NCBI RefSeq assembly: GCF_000007145.1
Contig: NC_003902.1
Span: 210,001 to 242,000, forward strand
Length of the DNA stretch: 32,000 bases
Source of the DNA: Xanthomonas campestris pv. campestris str. ATCC 33913
Lineage (GTDB): Bacteria > Pseudomonadota > Gammaproteobacteria > Xanthomonadales > Xanthomonadaceae
Reading direction: 5' to 3'
Positions 16,173 through 23,962 of this stretch are shown here, in pieces (the stretch's first letter is position 1; each line of letters opens with the position of its first letter). Made by a program: the position numbers and the translations under genes. Under the pieces are notes generated by a model that worked only from the letters and a program-made list of their open reading frames with translations, was not told the DNA's origin and did no database searches.

Positions 16173-17090
16173 ATGGCGGTGGATGCATTTGCGTTGATCC
16201 TGGCGATGCTGGGGCTCGGGTTGGTGTTTGCACGGCTGCGCGTGCTGCCGGACAACAGCGCCGATGTGCTCAACCGCATCGTGTTGTACATCTGCCTGCC
16301 GGCCTCGGTGCTGACCTATGTCCCGCGGCTGCACCTGGATGCCTCGCTGGGCGGCGTCATCGCCACGCCCTGGCTGCTCACCGCCCTGATCGTGCCGATG
16401 CTGTGGGGCTGCAGCCGTCTGCTCGGCGTGCCCCGCGACGAATACGCCGCGCTGCTGATGTGCGTGGTGTTCACCAACTCCAGTTTCATCGGCTTTCCGA
16501 TGGTGCGCGCGCTGATCGGCGACCACGCCTTGCCGTATGCGGTGGTCTACGACCAGTTCGGCACCTTCGTGCTGCTGTCCACCTTCGGCTTGTACGTGTT
16601 GGCACGCTACAGCGGCGACACCCCGCCCACCGCGCGGATGATCCTGGCGCGGGTACTGCGGTTTCCGCCGCTGTGGGCGCTGGTATTTGCGTTGACGCTG
16701 ATGCCCGAACAGCCGCCGGCCTGGATCGGTTCGGGGTTGAAGAGCCTGGCCGATGCGATGTTGCCGCTGGTGATGCTGGCCGTCGGGTTCTCGCTGCAAT
16801 TGCGCTTGCCGGCGCAGGAACTCAAGCCACTGGCGCTGGGCTTGCTGTTCAAGTTGGCGGTCATGCCGGTGCTGGCATTGCCGCTGTCGTGGGCGCTCGG
16901 CCTGCAGGGCCAGATGCTGCAGACCAATGTGCTCGAATCGGCAATGCCGACCATGATCACCGCCGCGGCGCTGGCGATTTCGCACCGCCTGGCGCCACGT
17001 CTGGCGGCGGCGATGGTGGGCTACAGCATCCTGTTGTCGCTGCTCACCCTGCCGGCCTGGGCATGGCTGCTGGCGCGCCTGGCGGCTTGA
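16173..17090 (+). CDS. AEC (auxin efflux carrier) family membrane transporter
   Basis: About 305 aa and polytopic. The sequence reads MAVDAFALILAMLGLGLVFARLRVLPDNSADVLNRIVLYICLPASVL ... NSSFIGFPM ... ESAMPTMITAAALA, typical of the Mem_trans family. I took the start at ATG 16173 within track ORF 16086..17090. Confidence 0.85.
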   Translation: MAVDAFALILAMLGLGLVFARLRVLPDNSADVLNRIVLYICLPASVLTYVPRLHLDASLGGVIATPWLLTALIVPMLWGCSRLLGVPRDEYAALLMCVVFTNSSFIGFPMVRALIGDHALPYAVVYDQFGTFVLLSTFGLYVLARYSGDTPPTARMILARVLRFPPLWALVFALTLMPEQPPAWIGSGLKSLADAMLPLVMLAVGFSLQLRLPAQELKPLALGLLFKLAVMPVLALPLSWALGLQGQMLQTNVLESAMPTMITAAALAISHRLAPRLAAAMVGYSILLSLLTLPAWAWLLARLAA

Positions 17091-17157
17091 TGCGCGTGCC
17101 CGTGCATGAAATGCTGGCCGGCGGCGCATGCGCGCCCTCACAGGACAAGGCACACGG

Positions 17158-18222
17158 ATGCGGACTTCACGATTGATCGGCAGCACGGTGCTGCTCTGGC
17201 TGGGCAGCGCGTGCATGGCCTCCGCCGCGCCCGCCGCTGCTCCCACGGCTGATCCCACCAACGATCCGCTGGTGCAGCAGTGGGGACAGCAGGTCGGCGA
17301 GACGCTGCAGGCACGTCTGCGCAGCATGGCTGACAGCGGCAAGCCCGGGCCGCTGTATCTGGCCGGCCTGTTGTGGATCGACACCGAAACTGATGCCGAG
17401 TCCGACGCTGCGCGCGCCGGCTACGCGCCGCTCCAGCGCGCCTGGCTGCAACGCGCGCTGGACGCGCGGCCGCGCGACCTGCTGGTGGCGCGGATGGAAG
17501 CGTTGGGCTGCCCCGCTGGCTTGCGCTGCGACCCGCTCGCCGCGCTCGCCTTCCTGGAGCAGGCCGATGCCGGCAACGCCGATGTGCATCTACGCGCCTA
17601 CGCATCGGCGCAACGGCGTGGCGATGCCGCCGCTGCCGAGCGCGCCTGGCAGGCCGCGGTGCAGGCAGACCATTTCGACAGTGGCGCGTTGGCCCTGGGC
17701 CAGGCCTTGCACGCTGCTTATGCCGATGTGCAATGGCCGGTGCTGACCTCGGTCAGCCTGCGCGCGCAGCTCGATGCACGTGGCCTGCCCTCCACCGGCG
17801 CAGACACCGCGATGCTGTTTGCAATGGCGGCGTGGTCCGCGCACGCATTGCCGGCATTGAGCCCGCTGGTACGCCGTTGCGATCCGGCCACGGTAACTCC
17901 AGCGCTGCGCGACGAATGCATGGCGGTGCTGGGCAATGTGGCCAAGGACGAGTCCACGCTGGCCACCGCCCTGATCGGTGCAAAGCGCATGGCCAGCCTC
18001 AGCAGTGGCGCCGATACAACGCGGTGGCAGGCCCGGGTACGCGAGCTGGCATGGCTGCAGCAGCAACAGCAGGGCCTTGCCGGCGCTGGTAGAGGCCTGG
18101 TGTCCGATGGGGATGCGGTGCTGGCTCACGGTGAAGTGCCGGCCTTGCGTGCGCTGCTGCAGCGCCAGGGCATTGCCACGCAACCGCCGGCCGGCTGGCA
18201 GCCGAGCGCTTCGGTGCAGTAA
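17158..18222 (+). CDS. Secreted hypothetical protein (Ala-rich, helical)
   Basis: Signal peptide MRTSRLIGSTVLLWLGSACMASA. I recognise no motif. The ORF is long and uninterrupted, with codon usage like its neighbours by eye. An alternative start is 17128. Confidence 0.6.
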   Translation: MRTSRLIGSTVLLWLGSACMASAAPAAAPTADPTNDPLVQQWGQQVGETLQARLRSMADSGKPGPLYLAGLLWIDTETDAESDAARAGYAPLQRAWLQRALDARPRDLLVARMEALGCPAGLRCDPLAALAFLEQADAGNADVHLRAYASAQRRGDAAAAERAWQAAVQADHFDSGALALGQALHAAYADVQWPVLTSVSLRAQLDARGLPSTGADTAMLFAMAAWSAHALPALSPLVRRCDPATVTPALRDECMAVLGNVAKDESTLATALIGAKRMASLSSGADTTRWQARVRELAWLQQQQQGLAGAGRGLVSDGDAVLAHGEVPALRALLQRQGIATQPPAGWQPSASVQ

Positions 18223-18581
18223 GGCTGCGGGCAGCACGCGCGTCGGAGCAGCAGGCAGCGCGGTTGTCTTGCGGATGAGCAGGTCTTCAACTGCAGACTG
18301 ATCGACAAGGCGCCTGGTTGGTGCGCGCTGCCGATCGGCCACACCCATCACGCTTGGTCCCGTGTCCGCTGATCTTGCTGGCTCGGGCGTTGCGTTTTGG
18401 AGGTATCACCACAGCGCTGGCAAAGCGCTACGCATGATGGCTGGTGCCAACGCCTGCGTTCCCGCACGCACACGATGCTGCACTGCGATAGGCAATGCCG
18501 TAGTGCGTTTAACGTGTTTCGACTACTTCCTCACCCGGCCGCGGTGTACGCTGCCGGCTTGCTCCCGGAAGCGAGGCGTGC

Positions 18582-19214
18582 ATGAAGACAGTCCTGGTGG
18601 CCGGCTCCAAAGGCGGCGTTGGCAAGACCACGATCGCCACCAACCTCGCCGCACACGCGGCATTGCAAGGCCAGCGCACCGTGCTGGCAGATGCCGATCC
18701 ACAGGGCTCGTCCACCCGTTGGGCGGAACGCCGCGCCAGTCTGGAAAGCGCGGTCCTGCCGATCGACGCTACCCGGCGCCGCAACTGGCAGGCCGCCGTG
18801 CCCGATGGCACCGACCAGCTGATCATCGATGCGCCGGCCGGCGCGATGGCCGATGACCTGAGCGGCTTCCTGGACCATGTCGACGCCATCGTGGTGCCGG
18901 TGCTGTCCTCGGCGCTGGATATCGAAGCGGTGGTCGGCTTCCTCAACACCCTGGCCAAGGTGCCGCGCGTGCACCAGCGCAAGCTGCCGGTGGGCCTGGT
19001 GCTCAACCGCGCCCGGCCGTGGACCCAGACCTCGCAACAGGCCGCCGAGATGATCGGCAGCTGGCCGTATCCGCTGGTGACCCAACTGCGCGACACCCAG
19101 GCCTATGTGGTGATGGCCGGGCTGGGGCGCAGCTTGTTCGACTACCGCTCTGCGCAGGTGCGCGACCATCAACAGGACTGGGAGCCGCTGTTGAAGTGGC
19201 TCAAGAAAGCCTAG
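18582..19214 (+). CDS. Small ParA/ParF-type (MinD/ParA superfamily) ATPase, orphan
   Basis: Deviant Walker [11 protein letters not shown], then DADPQGSS and a Walker B-like LIIDAPAG. At 210 aa it matches type Ib partition ATPases in size. No ParB/ParG-like partner lies adjacent. Confidence 0.85.
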   Translation: MKTVLVAGSKGGVGKTTIATNLAAHAALQGQRTVLADADPQGSSTRWAERRASLESAVLPIDATRRRNWQAAVPDGTDQLIIDAPAGAMADDLSGFLDHVDAIVVPVLSSALDIEAVVGFLNTLAKVPRVHQRKLPVGLVLNRARPWTQTSQQAAEMIGSWPYPLVTQLRDTQAYVVMAGLGRSLFDYRSAQVRDHQQDWEPLLKWLKKA

Positions 19215-19229
19215 GACCGGAAAGCCCTT

Positions 19230-19706
19230 ATGCGCGAACTGATCTTGCTCCGACACGCCCACGCCGAACCGGCCGACACCGGCCAGGCCGATTTCGACCG
19301 CCCCTTGTCGCCGCACGGCATTGCCGAGGCCGAAGCCGCCGGCCGCTGGCTGCGCGAACAACACCTGGTACCCGACCGCGTGCTCTGCTCGCCGGCCCGG
19401 CGTTCCCGCGAAACCCTGGAGGCGGTGCTCGAGCTCACCGGCTACATCGAACAACGCCTGGACGAGCGCATCTACGAGGCCACCCCGGGCACCCTGGCCA
19501 GCGTGCTGGACGAGCACCGCGAGGCCGAACGGCTACTGCTGGTGGGCCACAACCCGGGCCTGGAACGCCTGGCCGCGCTGATGCACAGTGGCCAGACCGG
19601 CGACTACCGCGGCATGCCCACCGCCTCGATCGCCCTGCTGGCGTTGCCGCTGGATGCGGCCATCGAACCCGGCATCGCCCGGCTGACCGCCTTCTGGTGG
19701 CCTTGA
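19230..19706 (+). CDS. sixA: Phosphohistidine phosphatase SixA (histidine phosphatase superfamily)
   Basis: LILLRHAHAEP (RHG-type motif), PLSPHG, CSPARRSRET and LLLVGHNPG. It is 158 aa and starts 15 nt after the ParA-like stop. Confidence 0.85.
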   Translation: MRELILLRHAHAEPADTGQADFDRPLSPHGIAEAEAAGRWLREQHLVPDRVLCSPARRSRETLEAVLELTGYIEQRLDERIYEATPGTLASVLDEHREAERLLLVGHNPGLERLAALMHSGQTGDYRGMPTASIALLALPLDAAIEPGIARLTAFWWP

Positions 19707-19709
19707 TCC

Positions 19710-20282
19710 GTGCCACTGTCGCTGCGCTGGGTAGCCTGGCTCGCGCTGTGGGTCGCGTTGCCCTGCGTGGCCCAGCAGAAGGTGCATGCCATCGACCCGG
19801 TGCAGTCGCGCTTCGGGTTCGAGATCAGAACCCGCTTCGGGATGAAGATCGAGGGGCTGTTCCCGCGGTTCCGGGGTGAGCTGACCGAATCGGCGGACGG
19901 GCACCAGCAGGTGCGCTTCCGTCTGGATGCCGCACAGGTGGAAATCCCGGGCAAGGACCGCTACACCGCGTGGATGCGCGGCGAGGATTTCTTCAACGTG
20001 GCGCAGTATCCGGTGGTGGAATTCGAGTCGTTTCCGTACTCCGCCGAGGTGGTGAAGCAAGGCGGCGAGATTACCGGCAACCTGACCATCCGCGGAATCA
20101 CCCATGTGGAGACCCTGCATGTGGTGCCGGCTGAATGCGCGCGGCCGGGCTATGATTGCGATGTGATCAGTCGAGGTACGGTCCTGCGTGGACGTTACGG
20201 AATGAATGCGTGGCAGATGGCCCTGGGCGACAGGGTGACGTTCATTCTCCGTGGGCGGCTGCAGGAGGTCCGGCGCCCGTGA
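19710..20282 (+). CDS. YceI family periplasmic (polyisoprenoid-binding) protein
   Basis: GTG start 3 nt after the sixA stop, with signal peptide MPLSLRWVAWLALWVALPCVAQQ. YceI-like strands include SRFGFEIR, FPRFRGEL, DFFNVAQYPVVEFES and GNLTIRGITH. Confidence 0.85.
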   Translation: MPLSLRWVAWLALWVALPCVAQQKVHAIDPVQSRFGFEIRTRFGMKIEGLFPRFRGELTESADGHQQVRFRLDAAQVEIPGKDRYTAWMRGEDFFNVAQYPVVEFESFPYSAEVVKQGGEITGNLTIRGITHVETLHVVPAECARPGYDCDVISRGTVLRGRYGMNAWQMALGDRVTFILRGRLQEVRRP

Positions 20283-22261
20283 CGTCCTTGTTGAGGATTC
20301 TTGTGCTGGCAACCTTGTTGCTCGGCACCGGATGCGCCGGCCTGTCGCAAACCGAACGTCACCGCGCCGCCGGCATTGCCGTGGCCGCGCGCAGCACCGT
20401 GGTGACCTGCACCCAGGCCGATCGCTGCGCCCAGCCCTCGCCGCTGCGTGCGCTGGGCGGCGACGCCATCGCCGCCTCCACCGCTGCAGCGCCACGCCAC
20501 TACGCCACCATCGTGGACCACGGCGAGGAATCGCTGGTTGCGCGGTTGAACCTGATCCGCAGCGCCACCCGCAGCATCGACCTGCAGACCTACATCTTCG
20601 ACAAGGACGACAGCGCCCGCATGGTGCTGGACGCGCTGACCGCCGCCGCGCAACGTGGGGTCAAGGTGCGGATCCTGATCGATCAGCTCTCGGCGATCGC
20701 CGATCTGCAGATCCTGGGCGCGCTGGCCAGCAGCCACGAAAACCTGCAGCTGCGCATCTACAACCCCACCTTCGGCAAGGTGAAGCTCAACTACTTCGAC
20801 TACGCCGGCAGCGTGGTGTGCTGTTTCCGCCGCTTCAATCAGCGCATGCACAACAAGCTGCTGGTGGTGGACGATGTGCTCGGCGTGGTTGGTGGGCGCA
20901 ACTACCAGGACGACTACTTCGACTGGGACAGCGAGTACAACTTTCGCGACCGCGATGTGATTCTGGCCGGGCCGGAAGTGCGCGCGATGGCGGTCAACTT
21001 CGATGCGTTCTGGAACGCGCGCCGCAGTGTCCCGGCCGAGCGGCTCAACGATGTCGGGCGGTTGTTGCTGGACGACGGCCCACAGACCATGCCGCCGGCC
21101 AAGTTCCGCCGGCCCGAGCGGGTGGCGCGGGTGGACCGCGAAGCCAATGACCCGCAGTTCGTGCAGGCTGCCTTCGTGGCCCCGGCAATGCCGGTACAGC
21201 GTGTGCTGTACGTGGCCGACCTGCCGCAGAAACACCGCAAGGAACATGGCGCCAAGGCGGTATCCACCGCGCCGGAGCTGGACAGCCTGATCGCCGGAGC
21301 GCAGCAGGAAGTGCTGCTGCAGACGCCGTATCTGGTGTTGTCCGATCCCGCGCAGGAAATCTTCCGCACCTTGCGCAAGCGCGCGCAGCCGCCGCGCATC
21401 GTGGTGTCCACCAACAGCCTGGCGGCCACCGATAACCCCATCGTGTATGCGCTGTCGTACAAGTTCAAACGCCGCAACATGCGCGAGTTGGGCTTCAACG
21501 TGTATGAGTTCAAACCGTTCCCGCTGGATGCGCCGGTGGACTACGCCAACCTGCTGCCCGACCCGCTGACGGCCGCCGCGGGCGAGGCCGCCGAGAACGA
21601 CCGCAGCAATCGCCTGATCGGCGGCAGCGCGGCCGGCAATGCGGTGCGTGGTAGCAGCGGTGGTAGTGGTGGCGGCGGGCGTACGCCCGGCGGCAGCGAT
21701 GTCGACCGCCGCGTGCTGCGCACCGAAACCCGGCCCTCGTTCCTGGGCACCCGCGCGGTCAACAAGCCGTTGCCGGTGACGCGCGCCGGTGCGCGCATGG
21801 GGCTGCACGCCAAATCGCTGGTGGTGGACCGCCGCATCGGCGTGATCGGCACGCACAACTTCGATCCGCGCAGCGAGAACTACAACACCGAGGCGGCGGT
21901 GGTGATCGACGATCCGCGCTTTGCACAGGCGCTGGCCGCCAGCATCGAGCGCGACATCGCCCCCGACAACGCCTGGACGGTGGCGCCGCGGGAAAAGCCG
22001 CCGGTGCTCAGCGGCTTGAACTACAGCGTGGGCAAGGTGTCCGAAGCGTTGCCGGTGCTGGATTTCTGGCCGTGGCGCTACGCCACCAACTACGAATTCC
22101 AGCCGGGCCCGGGCTGCCCGTTCCCGCTCAAGCGCCAGGACCCGCAGTTCCGCCAGTGCTACGTGGCGGTGGGCGATTTCCCCGAGGTCAATGTTGGCCC
22201 GAAGTGGCTGCTGGTGCGGATGCTGACCGCCTTCGGCGCCGGGCTGGTGCCGATCCTCTGA
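20279..22261 (+). CDS. Phospholipase D / cardiolipin synthase-like lipoprotein with two HKD motifs
   Basis: GTG 20279 overlaps the yceI TGA (GTGA). Lipoprotein signal VTSLLRILVLATLLLGTGC. HKD-1 is HNKLLVVDDVLGVVGGRNYQDDY and HKD-2 is HAKSLVVDRRIGVIGTHNFDPRS. Track ORF 20156..22261 is a 5' overextension. Confidence 0.85.
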   Translation: MTSLLRILVLATLLLGTGCAGLSQTERHRAAGIAVAARSTVVTCTQADRCAQPSPLRALGGDAIAASTAAAPRHYATIVDHGEESLVARLNLIRSATRSIDLQTYIFDKDDSARMVLDALTAAAQRGVKVRILIDQLSAIADLQILGALASSHENLQLRIYNPTFGKVKLNYFDYAGSVVCCFRRFNQRMHNKLLVVDDVLGVVGGRNYQDDYFDWDSEYNFRDRDVILAGPEVRAMAVNFDAFWNARRSVPAERLNDVGRLLLDDGPQTMPPAKFRRPERVARVDREANDPQFVQAAFVAPAMPVQRVLYVADLPQKHRKEHGAKAVSTAPELDSLIAGAQQEVLLQTPYLVLSDPAQEIFRTLRKRAQPPRIVVSTNSLAATDNPIVYALSYKFKRRNMRELGFNVYEFKPFPLDAPVDYANLLPDPLTAAAGEAAENDRSNRLIGGSAAGNAVRGSSGGSGGGGRTPGGSDVDRRVLRTETRPSFLGTRAVNKPLPVTRAGARMGLHAKSLVVDRRIGVIGTHNFDPRSENYNTEAAVVIDDPRFAQALAASIERDIAPDNAWTVAPREKPPVLSGLNYSVGKVSEALPVLDFWPWRYATNYEFQPGPGCPFPLKRQDPQFRQCYVAVGDFPEVNVGPKWLLVRMLTAFGAGLVPIL

Positions 22262-22443
22262 TCGGCATTACCCGCTGCAGTGCGTAGAGCTGCGCGTGCA
22301 GGCGTACCGCGCGTGCATCACGCAGCAGCGCCGCATGTGCTGAAAAAACGCAGCGCACATGGGCGTGCAGGCAATCGCATCGCACCGTGTGGCCCAAACG
22401 ACCAGGCAGTTGAATCATCGCGCGGGCTCCCGGATGCTCTTAC

Positions 22444-22541
22444 GATTCCCGATTCCCGATTCCCGATTCCCGATTCCCGATTCCCGATTCCCGATTCCCG
22501 ATTCCCGATTCCCGATTCCCGATTCCCGATTCCCGATTCCC
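22444..22541. repeat. Perfect heptanucleotide microsatellite (GATTCCC)x14
   Basis: I counted 14 uninterrupted copies over 98 bp. The array ends 12 nt before ATG 22554. Confidence 0.98.
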
Positions 22542-22553
22542 CAACTCGATCCC

Positions 22554-22988
22554 ATGCCCATGCGCTTTCGTGAACCCGTCGACCTCGCTGCCCTCAACGC
22601 CTCCAGCCGCGACACCTTGATCGCGCAGTTGGGCATCGTGTTCACCGAAGCCGGCGACGACTGGTTGCGCGCCACCATGCCGGTGGATACGCGCACCAAG
22701 CAGCCGTATGGCCTGCTGCACGGCGGCGCCTCGGTGGTGCTGGCCGAAACCCTGGGCAGCAGTGCCGGCAACCTGTGCGTGGATATGACCACCCAGATGT
22801 GCGTGGGCCTGGAAATCAATGCCAACCACCTGCGTGCGGCCTATCAGGACGTGGTGATCGGCACCGCGCGCCCGGTGCATGTGGGCCGCAGCACCCACGT
22901 CTGGGACATCACCATCGATAACCCGGCCGGCAAACGCGTGTGCGTCTCGCGCCTGACCCTGGCGGTGGTGGCGCGCACCAATGGCTGA
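22554..22988 (+). CDS. PaaI/YbdB-type hotdog-fold acyl-CoA thioesterase
   Basis: 144 aa: ...PYGLLHGGASVVLAETLGS...VGLEINANHLRA...ARPVHVGRSTHVWDI. I took the start at ATG 22554, but it has no SD. In-frame ATGs at 22359 and 22434 lie upstream of the repeat. Confidence 0.8.
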   Translation: MPMRFREPVDLAALNASSRDTLIAQLGIVFTEAGDDWLRATMPVDTRTKQPYGLLHGGASVVLAETLGSSAGNLCVDMTTQMCVGLEINANHLRAAYQDVVIGTARPVHVGRSTHVWDITIDNPAGKRVCVSRLTLAVVARTNG

Positions 22989-23104
22989 GCGCGCCCGGCG
23001 TGCGCATGGGTGGAACAGCGCCGCCCGCTCCCGGCACTGCGCGTCGGCCGTGCTGCTGTCACAATAGTGGCGCCTTCCTTCCCCGTTCCGGTCCTGTTCC
23101 TCGA

Positions 23105-23908
23105 ATGAGCGAGTCATCCCTGCCCGCCACGCGCGATGCCGGCGGCGCGCTGCGTTGGTTCCGTTATCTGTATCGGGTGCCATTGCTGCTCGTGCACCTG
23201 ACGGTCTGCCTGCCGATCACCATGCTGTGTGTCGTGGCGCCGCCGCTGGCGCGCATCCGTACCGGCCGCGACGACACCCTGGACGAGCGCATGATCCGCT
23301 GGTGGCAGGGCACGCTGATGCGCATCTTCGGGTTTCGCCTGCGCCGTTTCGGCACCCCGTTGCCCGGCGCCACCTTGTTCGTGGCCAATCACGTCAGCTG
23401 GGTCGACATCTCGATGCTGCACAGCCAGCGGGTGATGGGCTTTGTGGCCAAGCGCGAAATCGCCGGCTGGCCGCTGGTGGGCTGGCTGGCCACCAAGGGG
23501 CAAACCATCTTCCATCAGCGCGGCAACACCGAGTCGCTGGGCGGGGTGCTGCAGGAAATGCTGCTGCGCCTGCGCAGCGGCAAGCCGGTGGGTGTGTTCC
23601 CGGAAGGGCGCACCCGCGGCGGTACCGAGGTGGGCCCGTTCCATGCACGCATCTTTCAGGCGGCGGTCGAAGCCGGTGTGCCGGTGCAGCCGGTGGCGTT
23701 GCGCTACGGCGAGCGCGGCAATGCACAGGCCGTTGTGGCGTTCGGCGAGCGCGAGAGTTTCTTTGCCAATATCGTGCGGCTGCTCGGCGAGCGCTCACGG
23801 CTGGCGGAAGTGCATTTTCTCGAGCCGATCGGCGCGCTGGATATCGACGGGCGGCGCCGTCTGGCCGACACCTCGCGCCAGCGCATCCTTGCCGCGATGG
23901 AGTCCTGA
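23105..23908 (+). CDS. PlsC-family lysophospholipid acyltransferase
   Basis: HX4D block FVANHVSWVDI, GFVAKREI, FPEGRT and PVQPVAL. It has an N-terminal hydrophobic anchor. The start is ATG 23105 within track ORF 22940..23908. Confidence 0.85.
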   Translation: MSESSLPATRDAGGALRWFRYLYRVPLLLVHLTVCLPITMLCVVAPPLARIRTGRDDTLDERMIRWWQGTLMRIFGFRLRRFGTPLPGATLFVANHVSWVDISMLHSQRVMGFVAKREIAGWPLVGWLATKGQTIFHQRGNTESLGGVLQEMLLRLRSGKPVGVFPEGRTRGGTEVGPFHARIFQAAVEAGVPVQPVALRYGERGNAQAVVAFGERESFFANIVRLLGERSRLAEVHFLEPIGALDIDGRRRLADTSRQRILAAMES

Positions 23909-23962
23909 GGCGGCCATGCGCCTGCCGCTGCCAGCCGTCGCGCCAGCTGCGCCAACGCGCGC

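Noticed and set aside
18397-18585. A 62-aa ORF ending in an ATGA-type overlap with the ParA-like start, considered as a candidate small partner protein.
   Set aside because: Its composition (many Arg/His/Cys/Trp) and lack of SD or any motif argue against coding. It is more likely a leader or promoter region. It could be revisited if ribosome profiling shows occupancy.
22444-22541. Minus-strand reading of the heptamer array, (GGGAAUC)14, as a CsrA/RsmA-titrating sRNA with 14 GGA motifs.
   Set aside because: The idea is attractive because to my knowledge Rsm-type sponge RNAs are poorly defined in Xanthomonas. However, the GGA motifs would not sit in hairpin loops. I see no minus-strand promoter or terminator; transcription would have to start inside the thioesterase CDS. 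A hypervariable microsatellite is also an unlikely conserved regulator. It is kept only as a long shot, testable by strand-specific RNA-seq.
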